Shown piece by piece: positions 48,168 through 58,600 of a DNA stretch of 64,000 nucleotides (position 1 is the first letter of the stretch; every line of letters begins with the position of its first letter). Source of the stretch: Acidobacteriota bacterium (lineage in GTDB: Bacteria > Acidobacteriota > UBA6911 > RPQK01 > JAJDTT01); contig OZ242374.1 of NCBI GenBank assembly GCA_965209055.1, forward strand, positions 5,952,001 to 6,016,000, given 5' to 3'. Both the position numbers and the translations under genes were made by a program. The notes below the pieces were generated by a model. It ran no database searches, was not told the DNA's origin, and was given only the letters and a program-made list of their open reading frames with translations.

Positions 48168-50528
48168 ATGAAAAGCCTCGAAGAGCTGAACAACGAAAAC
48201 AGGGTGTTGCGCGAACGACTCTCCCAGCTAAGCGCCGCCAGTCTGCGGATCAGCGCGAGCCTCGACGTCAACACCGTGTTGCGCGGGGTCGTTGAAAGCG
48301 CCCGGTCCCTGACCCGTTCTCGCTTTGGCGCCATCGTGACCATCGACGGTTCGGGACAGATTCAGGAATTCGTGACTTCCGGCATCACTCCCGAAGAGAA
48401 GCAAGGAATGGCGAACTGGGCCGACGGTCCCCGGCTCTTCGCACACTTCCGGGACCTTCCGGGGGCGCTGAGAATTCGAGACCTGCCCGCCTACGTCGAG
48501 TCGCTCCTGGGCTACTGCCCACCCCAGATTCTGTCGAAGGCCTTCCAGGGAACGCCCATGCGTTATCGGGGAATCTATGTCGGGAACTTCTTTCTGGGCG
48601 AGAAGGAAGGCGGACAGGATTTCACGAGCCAGGACGAGGAAATTCTCGTGATGTTCGCTGCACAGGCAGCGACGGCCATCGCCAACGCCCGCAAGCACCG
48701 GGAGGAGCAGCGTGCCCGGGCCGACCTGGAAGCCCTGATCGACACCTCGCCGGTGGGCGTCGCAGTCTTCGACGCCAAAACCGGCAGTGTGGTGTCGTTT
48801 AACCGGGAGTTGAAGCGGATCGTCGAGAAACTGCGCATGCCGGGCCGGTCCTTGGAGCAGCTACCGGAGGTCATCACCCTGCGGCGCGCCGACGGCCAGG
48901 AGTTCGCCTTCTCGGAACTCCCCCTCTCCGAGGCGCTGAGCCGCGGCGAAACCGTGCGTGCCGAGGAGATTGTTCTCGAGGTCCCCGACGGACGAAGCGT
49001 CACGACCCTGGTCAACCTCACGCCGATCCGTTCGGAAGACGGCGAAGTCGTATCCACGGTCGTCACCCTGCAGGACTTGGCGCCGCTGGAAGAGTTGGAA
49101 CGTTTGAGGGTCGAGTTCCTGGGCCTGGTGAGCCACGAACTACGGACTCCGCTGACCTCCATCAAGGGCTCGACCGCCACCGTGCTGGGCGCTGCGCCGG
49201 CTTTGGATCCGGCAGAGATGCTCCAATTCTTCCGCATCATCGACGAACAGGCCGACCACATGCGCGGCCTGATCAGCGATCTTCTTGACGCGGGACGCAT
49301 CGAGACGGGCACCCTGTCGGTCACTCTCGAAAACACGGCGGTGGCCACTTTGGTGGAACAGGCTCGGAAGACGTTCCTGAGCGGCGGCGGCAGACACATT
49401 ATTCAAATCGACCTGCCCCCGGACCTGCCCCCGGTGATGGCGGACAGCAGGCGCATTGTCCAGGTATTGAACAACCTCTTGTCCAACTCTTCCCGGAATT
49501 CTCCCGAATCTTCTCCCATCGGGATCTCCGCCGTGAGAGATGACGTTTACGTGTCGATCTCGGTATCGGACAAGGGCCGAGGGGTGCCGCCGGAACTGCT
49601 GCCGCCCCTGTTCAGGAAATATGCACGCGTCGACGGCGGTGATCGGGGGATCGCGGGTTCCGGTCTCGGCTTGGCCATCTGCAAGGGTCTGGTGGAGGCT
49701 CACGGGGGGCGAATCCGGGCCGAAAGCGGCGGTCCCGGAATGGGCGCCGTGTTCACTTTTACGATTCCGGTGGCCGAAGCAGAAGACGTCGCCGCGACGG
49801 CCAGCAAAGTCCGCAGCACGATCCGGCCGCATCGGGAAGAGCCGAAGCGAACGCCCATCCTGGTGGTCGACGACGACCCGCACACGCTCCATCACGTCCG
49901 GGACGCGCTGGCAACGGCCGGCTACACCCCGCTCCTGACGGGTGATCCTCAGGAGGTGTCCGAACTGATCAGAATCAAGAAACCGCGGCTGGTGCTGCTT
50001 GACCTGATGCTTCCCGGGACCGATGGAATAGAACTGATGGAGCGCCATCCCGAGATGGCCGAGCTGCCGGTCATCTTCATCTCCGGCTACGGAAGGGATG
50101 AAACCATCGCGAGGGCCTTGGAGGTCGGGGCTGCCGACTACATCGTCAAACCCTTTTCGCCGACGGAACTTGCCGCGAGAGTCGGGGCGGCGCTGCGGCG
50201 GAGCCATGAGCCGGCCGCACCCTTCCGGGTGGGAGACCTGGCCATCCACTACGCGGAACGCCGTGTGACCCTCGCCGGCCGTCCAGTACAGTTGACGGCT
50301 ACCGAATACGAACTGCTCCGCGTCCTCTCCGTCAATGCTGGACGGGTCACGACGTACGAGGCCCTGTTGCGCCAAGTCTGGGGCCGACTCAATTCCGGCG
50401 ATTATCGTCCGGTGCGCGCCTTCGTCAAGAAGCTCCGCTACAAGCTGGGCGACAAAGCGTCCAGTCCGACCTACATCTTTACCGAGCGCCAGGTCGGCTA
50501 CCGGATGGGCGCGCCCGACGACTTGTAA
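48168..50528 (+). CDS. Soluble hybrid regulator: GAF-PAS-HisKA-HATPase-REC-winged helix (OmpR-type output)
   Basis: SHELRTPLT, QVLNNLLSN, DKGRG, GSGLGL, LVVDDD, LLDLMLP, YIVKPF, LTATEYELL, KKLRYKL, ERQVGYR; no TM helices. Confidence 0.95.
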   Translation: MKSLEELNNENRVLRERLSQLSAASLRISASLDVNTVLRGVVESARSLTRSRFGAIVTIDGSGQIQEFVTSGITPEEKQGMANWADGPRLFAHFRDLPGALRIRDLPAYVESLLGYCPPQILSKAFQGTPMRYRGIYVGNFFLGEKEGGQDFTSQDEEILVMFAAQAATAIANARKHREEQRARADLEALIDTSPVGVAVFDAKTGSVVSFNRELKRIVEKLRMPGRSLEQLPEVITLRRADGQEFAFSELPLSEALSRGETVRAEEIVLEVPDGRSVTTLVNLTPIRSEDGEVVSTVVTLQDLAPLEELERLRVEFLGLVSHELRTPLTSIKGSTATVLGAAPALDPAEMLQFFRIIDEQADHMRGLISDLLDAGRIETGTLSVTLENTAVATLVEQARKTFLSGGGRHIIQIDLPPDLPPVMADSRRIVQVLNNLLSNSSRNSPESSPIGISAVRDDVYVSISVSDKGRGVPPELLPPLFRKYARVDGGDRGIAGSGLGLAICKGLVEAHGGRIRAESGGPGMGAVFTFTIPVAEAEDVAATASKVRSTIRPHREEPKRTPILVVDDDPHTLHHVRDALATAGYTPLLTGDPQEVSELIRIKKPRLVLLDLMLPGTDGIELMERHPEMAELPVIFISGYGRDETIARALEVGAADYIVKPFSPTELAARVGAALRRSHEPAAPFRVGDLAIHYAERRVTLAGRPVQLTATEYELLRVLSVNAGRVTTYEALLRQVWGRLNSGDYRPVRAFVKKLRYKLGDKASSPTYIFTERQVGYRMGAPDDL

Positions 50529-50612
50529 GAACCCGCGTTTCCAGGTCGTAGAGGACTGCCGCAGGAATCCGACAACGGAATTGTCTGCCGGCAGGTTCCA
50601 GCCCGCACCCGA

Positions 50613-52037
50613 TCAAGAGGGTTCGCCGATGGGCAGGAGTTGGACCCCTTCCCCCTCCTCGGGTTTCTTGATGCGGAACCGGACCGACGTCACCTCGGCC
50701 CCATGCGGGCCGAATCGGTTCTTGAAGCCTTCCCGCTGGCCGACCATGAAGATGGAGCCGTCCTCCAGAACGCAGGCATTGGGGTAGTAGGACTTGGGAT
50801 CGCACTTGAAGCCGCGTCCCGGCGCCGGCTTCACCCAGGTCCTTCCGTTGTCGCGGCTGTAGATCACTTCTCCGTTGTTGGGCACCTTGGGATCGTCGCT
50901 TTCGAGTTTGTGGCGGCCCCCGAAGACGACGGCGGTCACCCCGCCGGGCGTCGCCACCACGTCTCCCCGACGGAGCAGTTTGGGGCCGAGAAACTCGCTT
51001 CCGAAGTTGGGATCTTCGATGATCGGGTCGGTCAGGAGCAGGCGCGGCGGGGACCAGGTGCTTCCGTCGTCGTAGGACTGAAACCAGGCCGACGTCGGCC
51101 GGCAGAAAAATCCCAGACTGCCGTCCGGCAAATAGGCGATCGTGCCCTCGTCCATGTCGTAGTCATTGCTGCCGATCACCGAGACGGTCGACCAGGTGAG
51201 GCCCTTGTCCAGGGAGCGCATGAGGAGCATGAGCCAGCGAGGATATTCCTTGGGCCATCCCTTTCCCCCGGGAATGGGCGCGCCGGACGCGAAGAGGCGC
51301 AACGAGCCGTCCTTGCCCTCGAACATGCTGTAGGGAGCGTCCATATCGGCGAGCCCGGTGAAGCGTGTCACCTCCTTCCAGTTGTCGCCATTGTCGTCGC
51401 TCCGGAAGATGAGGATCTTCGATTGCCGGTTGGCCGCAATTCGGGCGTATTCCAGGGCAGTCGTCGGCATCTGGTTGAAGTAGCCCCAATGGGGTTTCAG
51501 CCGGACGCCCGCAAACATCGTCCCGTCACTCATCTGCGCCACGTCACCGACGTAGTAGGTCCCTCGCACCGCCGGAAACGAGCGGGGACGGCTCCAGGTC
51601 TTCCCCTGGTCCCGGCTGCGGACCCACATCATCCTCCCACCTTCGGGAGCATCCCAATCTGCGAGCCACTCAAGAGCTCCCCGTGTAAAGCGCTCCTTTT
51701 CCGGTGCCGGAATGTCCCAGGGGGTGGGCCAGGAAGCGTGCCAATAGCCGGCTGAGAAGGTCACGAACAGGTCGCCGTTCTGCAGTCGGCATACCGTGGG
51801 CCACCCGCAGTAGCCGCCAAATCCGCGGAAGGGCTCCGGCGGGTTGACGTCGGGGGAGACAATGATCTTTCGGTATTTCTCGAAATCGACCTGGGGCTCG
51901 TGGCCTGTGATCAGAGCCTCGACCGGTGGAATGGCAGCCGCGGCCGGCTTCCCTCTGCTCGCGCGGGCGAAGCCGCCGGTCGCCAAACCGGTTGCAGAAA
52001 CGGACAGGACCTCCCGGCGGGTCAATCGGAATGACAT
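50613..52037 (-). CDS. Tat-exported BNR/Asp-box (sialidase-like) protein
   Basis: TRREVL Tat motif; Asp boxes SRDQGKTW, SDDNGDNW, SLDKGLTW, SYDDGSTW, SRDNGRTW. Confidence 0.88.
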   Translation of the reverse strand: MSFRLTRREVLSVSATGLATGGFARASRGKPAAAAIPPVEALITGHEPQVDFEKYRKIIVSPDVNPPEPFRGFGGYCGWPTVCRLQNGDLFVTFSAGYWHASWPTPWDIPAPEKERFTRGALEWLADWDAPEGGRMMWVRSRDQGKTWSRPRSFPAVRGTYYVGDVAQMSDGTMFAGVRLKPHWGYFNQMPTTALEYARIAANRQSKILIFRSDDNGDNWKEVTRFTGLADMDAPYSMFEGKDGSLRLFASGAPIPGGKGWPKEYPRWLMLLMRSLDKGLTWSTVSVIGSNDYDMDEGTIAYLPDGSLGFFCRPTSAWFQSYDDGSTWSPPRLLLTDPIIEDPNFGSEFLGPKLLRRGDVVATPGGVTAVVFGGRHKLESDDPKVPNNGEVIYSRDNGRTWVKPAPGRGFKCDPKSYYPNACVLEDGSIFMVGQREGFKNRFGPHGAEVTSVRFRIKKPEEGEGVQLLPIGEPS

Positions 52038-52091
52038 TGCTCAGTTTCCCTTTCGCACCAAGACAGGAGACGTTTCCGTCGCCTGAGCCTT

Positions 52092-52688
52092 CTATTTGTC
52101 GACCCACCGGCCTTCTCCCTCCACGAACCTCGCTTCTCCGATCACCCGCCCATCTCTGAGCGCGACCCACTTCCCATGCTGCTTTCCGTCCCGATAAGAA
52201 CCCTCATGGGTGGTCCCGTATCCGTCGCGAATGACCCACCTGCCATGCCGCCGGCCCCTCACATACCGGCCTTCGCCGACGGTCCCGTTGGTCCAGCGCT
52301 CGACCCAGCGCCCGTGCCGCCGACCCTTCGCAAACTTGCCTTCCGAGACGCCCCCGTCCGCCCAGTGCATGACCCATCGCCCGTGCCGCTTCCCGGCGCG
52401 CAGGCGGCCTGTGGTTTCGATGGTTTCCCGGTCTTCCTCCCAGACCCACTTCAGGGTTCCGGTGCCGCCGGCCATTCCATCGGCGCAATCGGCTGTCCAA
52501 GTCACGGAAGCGTCCGGCTCGTGGTTGGAAATCCAGACATGGCATCCCGGCCGGTTGGACAACTCCCGCCAGCAAGCCGTGCCCTTGGGCTTGCCGCCGC
52601 ACGTGGGCTCGCCCTGGAAAGAAGGCGTCGCGGCCTGTAGGGCGCTCGACAGAATCAGGACGAGAACACCCGGAATCCCTATGGACAT
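52092..52688 (-). CDS. Secreted MORN-like repeat protein with a Cys-rich N-terminus
   Basis: Signal peptide; repeats EG-x-x-x-G-R/K-R-HGRWV with about 23-aa period; PTC...ACW...GCHVW...C. Confidence 0.8.
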   Translation of the reverse strand: MSIGIPGVLVLILSSALQAATPSFQGEPTCGGKPKGTACWRELSNRPGCHVWISNHEPDASVTWTADCADGMAGGTGTLKWVWEEDRETIETTGRLRAGKRHGRWVMHWADGGVSEGKFAKGRRHGRWVERWTNGTVGEGRYVRGRRHGRWVIRDGYGTTHEGSYRDGKQHGKWVALRDGRVIGEARFVEGEGRWVDK

Positions 52689-52754
52689 GGGCGTTGGCTC
52701 TCTTGGTTGGCTTGTGCCATCTGCGGCGGGTTCGCAGGGATGGGCGGCATCGCT

Positions 52755-54851
52755 TCAGGCCAGGGGCGAGATCAACAGATTTCCGTATCGGTCCACATCC
52801 ACCCGATAGCCCGATTGAACCAGGGTCGTGGAATCGATTTCCTCCACGATGGCGGGGCCCTCGATCCTCTGACCGGCCTTGAGCCGGGCGCGGTCGTAGA
52901 TGGCCGTCGGCACAAAAGCGCCGTGTGACCCGAAATACACGGGCCGCTCCGCCGCCGCGGCCGCTGGGGCGCCGTTTGCCGGCAGGATCTCCCGGAGTCG
53001 GGGTTTCTGAATGGCCCCCACCGCGGTCAGCCGGAAATTCACCAGCTCGATGGGCTGGTCCGGATAACCGTGACCGTAGGCCCGGTCGTGCTCGACGTGG
53101 AACCTCTTCACCACGTCCTCCAGTTCGGCGGCGGCCACTCGGCTCCCCGGGCATTCGATGGGCAGCTCGTAGGACTGCCCCGCGTAGCGCATTTCGATCT
53201 GCCGCTGAAAACTGATGTCACCTTCCGCCAACCGCTCCCGTCTCAGGACCTCCCTCCCCTGCTCTTCCATGGCGGAGAAGATGCGATTGATCTCGTCGAA
53301 ATCCGCCCGGTCCCTGGGCATGATCCGGGTCTGGGAAAACTCGTGCTTGAGATCGGTGACCAGCAGGCCCAGCGCCGAGGCCGTCCCGGGACTCGGAGGC
53401 ACAATGAGCAGCGGGATCTGCATTTCGGCGCACAGGCGATTCGCGTGCAGCGGGCCGGCCCCGCCGAAGGCCACCATCACCAGGTCCCTGGGATCGTAGC
53501 CGCGCCGCACCGTGATGATCCGCAGCGCGTTGGTCATCTCGGCATTGGCGATCTCCACGATCCCGTTGGCGCACTCCACCGCTTCCATCCCCAGGCGCCC
53601 GGCGCATCGGCCGCGGATCCCGCGGCCGGCGGCGTCCCGGTCCAGGCCCATCTCCCCGCCCAGAAAGAACTCGGGATTGAGCCGTCCGAGAACCAGGTTG
53701 GCGTCCGTGATGGTGGGTTCCGCTCCGCCGTGTCCATAGCAGATGGGGCCCGGGTCGGCTCCCGCGCTCCGAGGTCCCACCCGCAAGATCCCTCCCGTGT
53801 CCACCCAGGCGATGCTTCCGCCTCCCGCGCCGATCTCCACCAGATCGATGACGGGGGTCCGGATCGGGTATCCGCTGCCGCGGGACTGGCCGGCCCCGGG
53901 CAACGCCTGGGCGCCGACTTCGTACTCCTTGGTCACCTTGGGGCGTCCGTCCAGAATCAGGCCCACCTTGGCCGTGGTGCCGCCCATGTCGAATGAGATG
54001 ATGTCCTGGTAGTCCAGGCCGGCGGCGATGTGGTTGGAGACGATTACGCCGGCGGCCGGCCCCGACTCCACCATGTAAGCGGGCTTCTCGGCCCCCGTTT
54101 CGAAGGTCAGGACGCCGCCGCTGGACTGCATGACCAGCAGCTCGCCGGACACCCCCTTTCCCCTCAGCCGGCGCTCGATCCCCTGCAGGTAGCTGGTGAT
54201 CACCGGCCGGACGCAGGCGTTGATGACGGTGGTGCTGGCGCGGAAATACTCGCGGAACTCGGGGCAGACGATGGAAGAGAGGGAGATGACGAGGTCCGGG
54301 TTCCGTTCCCGCAGGATTTCACCGACCCGCAGCTCATGCGCCGGATTCAGGTACGAGTGCAGGAGGCAGACGGCCACGGAGACCACGCCCTCTCCTGATA
54401 GCCGGGCGGCGATCTCTTGCACCCGGTCTTCGTCCAGCGCCAACAACACGTTTCCCTCGGCGTCCAGCCGTTCGGGGACCTCGAAGCAGAGGTCGCGGGG
54501 AACCAGAGGACGCGCCTTTTCGAAATGGATGTCGTAGAGGGAGGGCCGCACCTGGCGTCCGATCTCCAGCATGTCGCGGAAGCCCAGCGTGGTGATGAAG
54601 GCCGTGCGCGGGGTCTTCCCCTCGATCAGGGAATTGGTGGCGACCGTGGTGCCGTGCACCAGGTAGGAGACCTGATCCGGTTCCAATCCCTCCTTCAGGA
54701 TCCGGTCCACGGCGTTCACGAAACCGACGGCGGGGTCGCTGGGAGTCGAAGGAACCTTCGCGGTCCGGGTCTCTCCGGTCTCTTCCGAGATCAGGACCGC
54801 ATCGGTGAAGGTGCCTCCCACGTCGACACCCAAACGAAATCGGGTCTTCAT
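52755..54851 (-). CDS. Hydantoinase A / oxoprolinase family subunit
   Basis: GVDVGGTFTD, HGTTVATN, ESGPAAG, DMGGTT, IGAGGGSIA, FGGAGPLHA. Confidence 0.95.
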   Translation of the reverse strand: MKTRFRLGVDVGGTFTDAVLISEETGETRTAKVPSTPSDPAVGFVNAVDRILKEGLEPDQVSYLVHGTTVATNSLIEGKTPRTAFITTLGFRDMLEIGRQVRPSLYDIHFEKARPLVPRDLCFEVPERLDAEGNVLLALDEDRVQEIAARLSGEGVVSVAVCLLHSYLNPAHELRVGEILRERNPDLVISLSSIVCPEFREYFRASTTVINACVRPVITSYLQGIERRLRGKGVSGELLVMQSSGGVLTFETGAEKPAYMVESGPAAGVIVSNHIAAGLDYQDIISFDMGGTTAKVGLILDGRPKVTKEYEVGAQALPGAGQSRGSGYPIRTPVIDLVEIGAGGGSIAWVDTGGILRVGPRSAGADPGPICYGHGGAEPTITDANLVLGRLNPEFFLGGEMGLDRDAAGRGIRGRCAGRLGMEAVECANGIVEIANAEMTNALRIITVRRGYDPRDLVMVAFGGAGPLHANRLCAEMQIPLLIVPPSPGTASALGLLVTDLKHEFSQTRIMPRDRADFDEINRIFSAMEEQGREVLRRERLAEGDISFQRQIEMRYAGQSYELPIECPGSRVAAAELEDVVKRFHVEHDRAYGHGYPDQPIELVNFRLTAVGAIQKPRLREILPANGAPAAAAAERPVYFGSHGAFVPTAIYDRARLKAGQRIEGPAIVEEIDSTTLVQSGYRVDVDRYGNLLISPLA

Positions 54852-56623
54852 TCGCGGCTTCCCCGGTCCTTCAACTGCCGGCGCAGCCGCTTGGTCTCGG
54901 CCGGTTCGACGGTCCAGCGATCCGTGTCGACCGACACTCCGTAGGCGTCGCGGGCCCGGGCCGGACTGATCTTCTCCTCGCGCACGTCGCGCAGCACCAA
55001 TTCCGGGTCCCGCTCCCAGGGCGGCCCGTATCCTCCCCCGCCGCAGGTCTCGACCCGGACGTGCTCGCCGACTCCCACCGGAGCCGTTCCCTTGGAGGGC
55101 AGCTTTCGAGGGTTCCCGGCGGAGATGGACAGGTAGCGGGCCGGCTGCCCGTCCCTGCCCTGAAACAGGCCCCAGGGCGGGAACTTGGCCCGGTCCGCCA
55201 GGGTCGTGAAAACGGGTTCGTGCTCCGGGAAGACGTATTCCCGGCAGAGACCCAGACCACCGCGGAAACGTCCGGCGCCCTCCGAGTCCGGGATCAGGTT
55301 GTAACGCGTGATGCGCACCGGATAGTTGAGTTCCGTCTCTTCGATGGGCGCATTCTGAGTGTTCTGGATGTGGGTCTGGACGGCGTCGGGCCCATCGGAA
55401 CGGTTTCGGCCGCCGTAACCCCCGGCCAAAGTCTCGAGAAACGTGTAGTACTCCCCGGTCCGGGGATCCTCTCCGCCGAACCCCACATGGCAGATCATCC
55501 CCTTGGTTCCGGCCGGGACCCGCTCCGGAACCGCCGCCGACAGGGCCTTGAAGAGGACCTCGCAAACCCGCATGGAGACCTCCCAACCTCCCACTATGGC
55601 GCCCGGGTGGCGGGCGTTCAGGGCCGACCCCTTGGGAGCGATCACCTCGATGGGCTGGTAGAAGCCCTCGTTGACGGGGATGTCCGGATCCACCAGGCAC
55701 TTCAGAACGTAGACGCAGGCGGTGAAGGTCTGCGTGAGGTTGCTGTTCATGGGAGCCGATCGCTGCGGGTCCGCTCCCGTGAAGTCGAAGGCGATCTTCC
55801 GGTCCTTCAGGGTCACCTTGGCCCTCAGGTGGACGGGACGGTCCGTGATGCCGTCGTCATCCAGACATCCTTCCGCTTCGTACGTGCCCTGGGGCAGGTT
55901 TTCCAATTCCCCTTCGATTCTCCGCGCCGTGTACTCCAGCAGCCGTTCGATGTAGAAGTCGAGGGTCTCTTTTCCGTACCGGTCCAGCAGGGCGGTCAGC
56001 CGCCGCATTCCCATGTTGTTGGCGGCGATCTGGGCCCGGAGGTCGCCGGCCACTTCCTTGGCGGCCCTCACGTTGGCCAGGATCATCTTCCAGAGCCCGG
56101 GATGGACTTCGCCCCGGGAAACCAGCTTCACCACGGGGAGGATGATTCCCTCCTGGTAGATCTCCCGAAAGGCTCCGATGCTGGCGGGAGCTCCGCCGCC
56201 CACGTCCACGTGGTGGCAGCAGTTGCTCAGGTAGCCCACCAGCTCCCCCCGGTGGAAAAACGGAGCGATGAGGAAAATGTCGTTCAGGTGGCTCGCCTGC
56301 CGGTGAGGGTCGTTGACCACCAGCATGTCGCCCGGCTCCAGGTTCCCGGCGCCGTATTCGCGGATCGCGCGCGGCACCAGGCGGCCGATGGTGACCAGGT
56401 GGGCCGGTTGGCAAAAGGCCTGGGCCACCATCCGGCCCTGCGAGTCCACGAAGGCGCAGGAATAGTCGAGCCGGGTCTTGACGTTGGTGGAGAAGGCGCT
56501 GCGCTGAATGGAGACCGACATTTCCTCCGTGGCCTCCACCAGCGCGTTTCGAATCACCTCGAAGAGGATCGGATCGAATCTTCGGTTGCCGGGTGTGGAG
56601 CCCTCTTCTTCCTTACGGATCAT
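54848..56623 (-). CDS. Hydantoinase B / oxoprolinase family subunit
   Basis: DPILFEVIRNAL, NDPH...HLND, HHVDVGG, YQEG, DSEGAGRFRGGLG, GGGGYG. Confidence 0.95.
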   Translation of the reverse strand: MIRKEEEGSTPGNRRFDPILFEVIRNALVEATEEMSVSIQRSAFSTNVKTRLDYSCAFVDSQGRMVAQAFCQPAHLVTIGRLVPRAIREYGAGNLEPGDMLVVNDPHRQASHLNDIFLIAPFFHRGELVGYLSNCCHHVDVGGGAPASIGAFREIYQEGIILPVVKLVSRGEVHPGLWKMILANVRAAKEVAGDLRAQIAANNMGMRRLTALLDRYGKETLDFYIERLLEYTARRIEGELENLPQGTYEAEGCLDDDGITDRPVHLRAKVTLKDRKIAFDFTGADPQRSAPMNSNLTQTFTACVYVLKCLVDPDIPVNEGFYQPIEVIAPKGSALNARHPGAIVGGWEVSMRVCEVLFKALSAAVPERVPAGTKGMICHVGFGGEDPRTGEYYTFLETLAGGYGGRNRSDGPDAVQTHIQNTQNAPIEETELNYPVRITRYNLIPDSEGAGRFRGGLGLCREYVFPEHEPVFTTLADRAKFPPWGLFQGRDGQPARYLSISAGNPRKLPSKGTAPVGVGEHVRVETCGGGGYGPPWERDPELVLRDVREEKISPARARDAYGVSVDTDRWTVEPAETKRLRRQLKDRGSRE

Positions 56624-58434
56624 TCCGGGTCCTCGGGTGGGATGACCGGGAGCAGAATATGGGAGGGGTGGCGTCGGTCGTGGTAGACCCTCTGGGTGGC
56701 CACCACGATCTCCGGATCGATTCCGGGGGCCCCGCCGTTGTTGAGGTTGCGGTCGAAACGGGGGAAGTTGCTGCTGGAGACCTGGATGCGGATGCGGTGG
56801 CCCGGCAGGAAGGCGTGGCCCGTCACACCCATCTTGACGTTGAACTCGTAGACCGTGCCCGGCGTCATCAGGACCGGCTTTTCGAAGGACTCCCGAAAGC
56901 GGGCGCGCAGGATCCCCTCGCACAGGTTGACCGACCGGCCATCGGGAAAGACGTCGAGCAGCCGGACGGTCCAGTCGGTGTCCAACGCGGAGCTGCTGGC
57001 GTAAATCCTGGCGTTCACCGGTCCCGTGACCTCCAGTTCCTTCCCCATCGGCCGACTCGTATAGACGAGCACGTCGTCCCTGCGCTCGATGGGCCGGTGA
57101 TCGGCGGGGGGATGGGATCCGTCCCGGATTCCGGTCACCAGGGGGACCGGGTCTTCGGGGTCGTAGACGTAGGAGTCCGCCGGCTGCTCGCCGTCCGGTT
57201 GCCGGACATCCAGAGCTCCGTCCCCGAACAAGGTGTTGGCGCGGCCCTCGCTGCGAAGGTAGTAGGGCGTCCAGCGGGTCTCGGGCAGCGGCCACTCTTG
57301 GGCCTCCCTCCACTCGTTCCTGCCCATGATGAAGAGCTGCAGCGGCGGCAGGCCTTCGATGCCGTTGCCGATCCCCTTGAGCCAGCGATCCATCCATCCC
57401 AGCCAGAGTTCGTAGAGATCGACGACCGATTCTTCGCCGAAGTCGATGATGCCGGTCTTTTGCTCCGGCTTCTCGGTGTGGACCCACGGCCCCATGACGA
57501 CCTTCTGGAGCCGCTTCGCCCGCTCGGTTCCTTCGGTCCGGATGCCTTCGTAGTTGGCGAACAGGGACACGCCATGGATGTCCCACCAGCCGGCGATCTG
57601 CAGGATGGGCAGGTCCATCCTGCCGAACTTGCCGTAGTTGCCGATCTTCTTCCAGAAGTCGTCCCAACTCGAATGCCGCACCCAGTCCCGGTAGAAATCA
57701 ATGGCCCGGCCGGTGGCCTCCTCGTCCGCGGTCAGGATCGGCACGTGGCGGAAGAGCCGGTCCCAGTCGTAGAAGCTGAGCGGCTGCCGGGTCCTGGAGC
57801 TGTTGGCCATGGCCCAGGGCAGGTTGATGTGCAGTTGAAAGGCGCCTCCCGTGTAGTTCATCCCGTAGAGGTAGAAGTCCGCCGGCGCCATCTGGGGAAT
57901 GATGGTCTTGAGGTAGGGAGATCCGGTGGGGGCCGCCATCCATTGGACCAGGCCCATGTAGGACATCCCGTTCATGCCGACGTTGCCGTCCGACCAGGAT
58001 TGGGTCCCGCACCAGTCGAGTGTGTCCCTTCCGTCGTTGATCTCATGGGACCAGGCGTACCACTTGCCGTCGGAGTCGTTCCGCCCGCGGCAATCCTGAA
58101 CCACGTAGGCGTAACCCCGGCGGGCGAAGTACCGCGCCCGGTTCACGTAGAAGTTTCTACTGTTGTCGTAGGGGGTCCGTTCCAGGATGACCGGCCATTC
58201 CCCCCCCTTGTCGGGAAGATAGACGTCCGCGGACAGCTCGACGCCGTCCCGCATGGGAACCCGGACGTCGATCCGGACCGCCACCTCGTGGTCGGGCTGG
58301 GACAGGCGGTTTTGCCAACTGTGAGATTCACCCGACAGGGCCGAAGCCGAAACGAATGCGAGGAGTCCCGGGAGAAGAATATGGCGTGTCAGATCAATTC
58401 TCGACGTTGTTCGGGAAGTCGGCCGGGAACTCAA
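56620..58434 (-). CDS. CocE/NonD family serine hydrolase, secreted
   Basis: PMRDGVELSADVY, RTPY, QDCRGR, GMSYMG, GWWD, GPWVH, SSNFPRFDRN; TTG start after GGAGGAG. Confidence 0.92.
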   Translation of the reverse strand: MSSRPTSRTTSRIDLTRHILLPGLLAFVSASALSGESHSWQNRLSQPDHEVAVRIDVRVPMRDGVELSADVYLPDKGGEWPVILERTPYDNSRNFYVNRARYFARRGYAYVVQDCRGRNDSDGKWYAWSHEINDGRDTLDWCGTQSWSDGNVGMNGMSYMGLVQWMAAPTGSPYLKTIIPQMAPADFYLYGMNYTGGAFQLHINLPWAMANSSRTRQPLSFYDWDRLFRHVPILTADEEATGRAIDFYRDWVRHSSWDDFWKKIGNYGKFGRMDLPILQIAGWWDIHGVSLFANYEGIRTEGTERAKRLQKVVMGPWVHTEKPEQKTGIIDFGEESVVDLYELWLGWMDRWLKGIGNGIEGLPPLQLFIMGRNEWREAQEWPLPETRWTPYYLRSEGRANTLFGDGALDVRQPDGEQPADSYVYDPEDPVPLVTGIRDGSHPPADHRPIERRDDVLVYTSRPMGKELEVTGPVNARIYASSSALDTDWTVRLLDVFPDGRSVNLCEGILRARFRESFEKPVLMTPGTVYEFNVKMGVTGHAFLPGHRIRIQVSSSNFPRFDRNLNNGGAPGIDPEIVVATQRVYHDRRHPSHILLPVIPPEDPE

Positions 58435-58520
58435 TCGCTCCTCCCCTGCGAAATGTCCGCCAAGAGCCGGAGGAAATGTACGCCAGAGACTAACGGCTGG
58501 GGGGTCTTCGGTCAATCGGA

Positions 58521-58600
58521 GGAGCGCCGGTTGGAGGGAACGGCGGTTTCCAACCGCCGACTCCGGGGGACGGCGCGCAAAGCCCCCCCTTCCGGCGCTC
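58521..58600 (+). repeat. Nested inverted repeats with a REP-like core
   Basis: Outer GAGCGCCGG...CCGGCGCTC; inner GGAACGGCGGTT-TCC-AACCGCCG (58537-58559). Confidence 0.6.
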
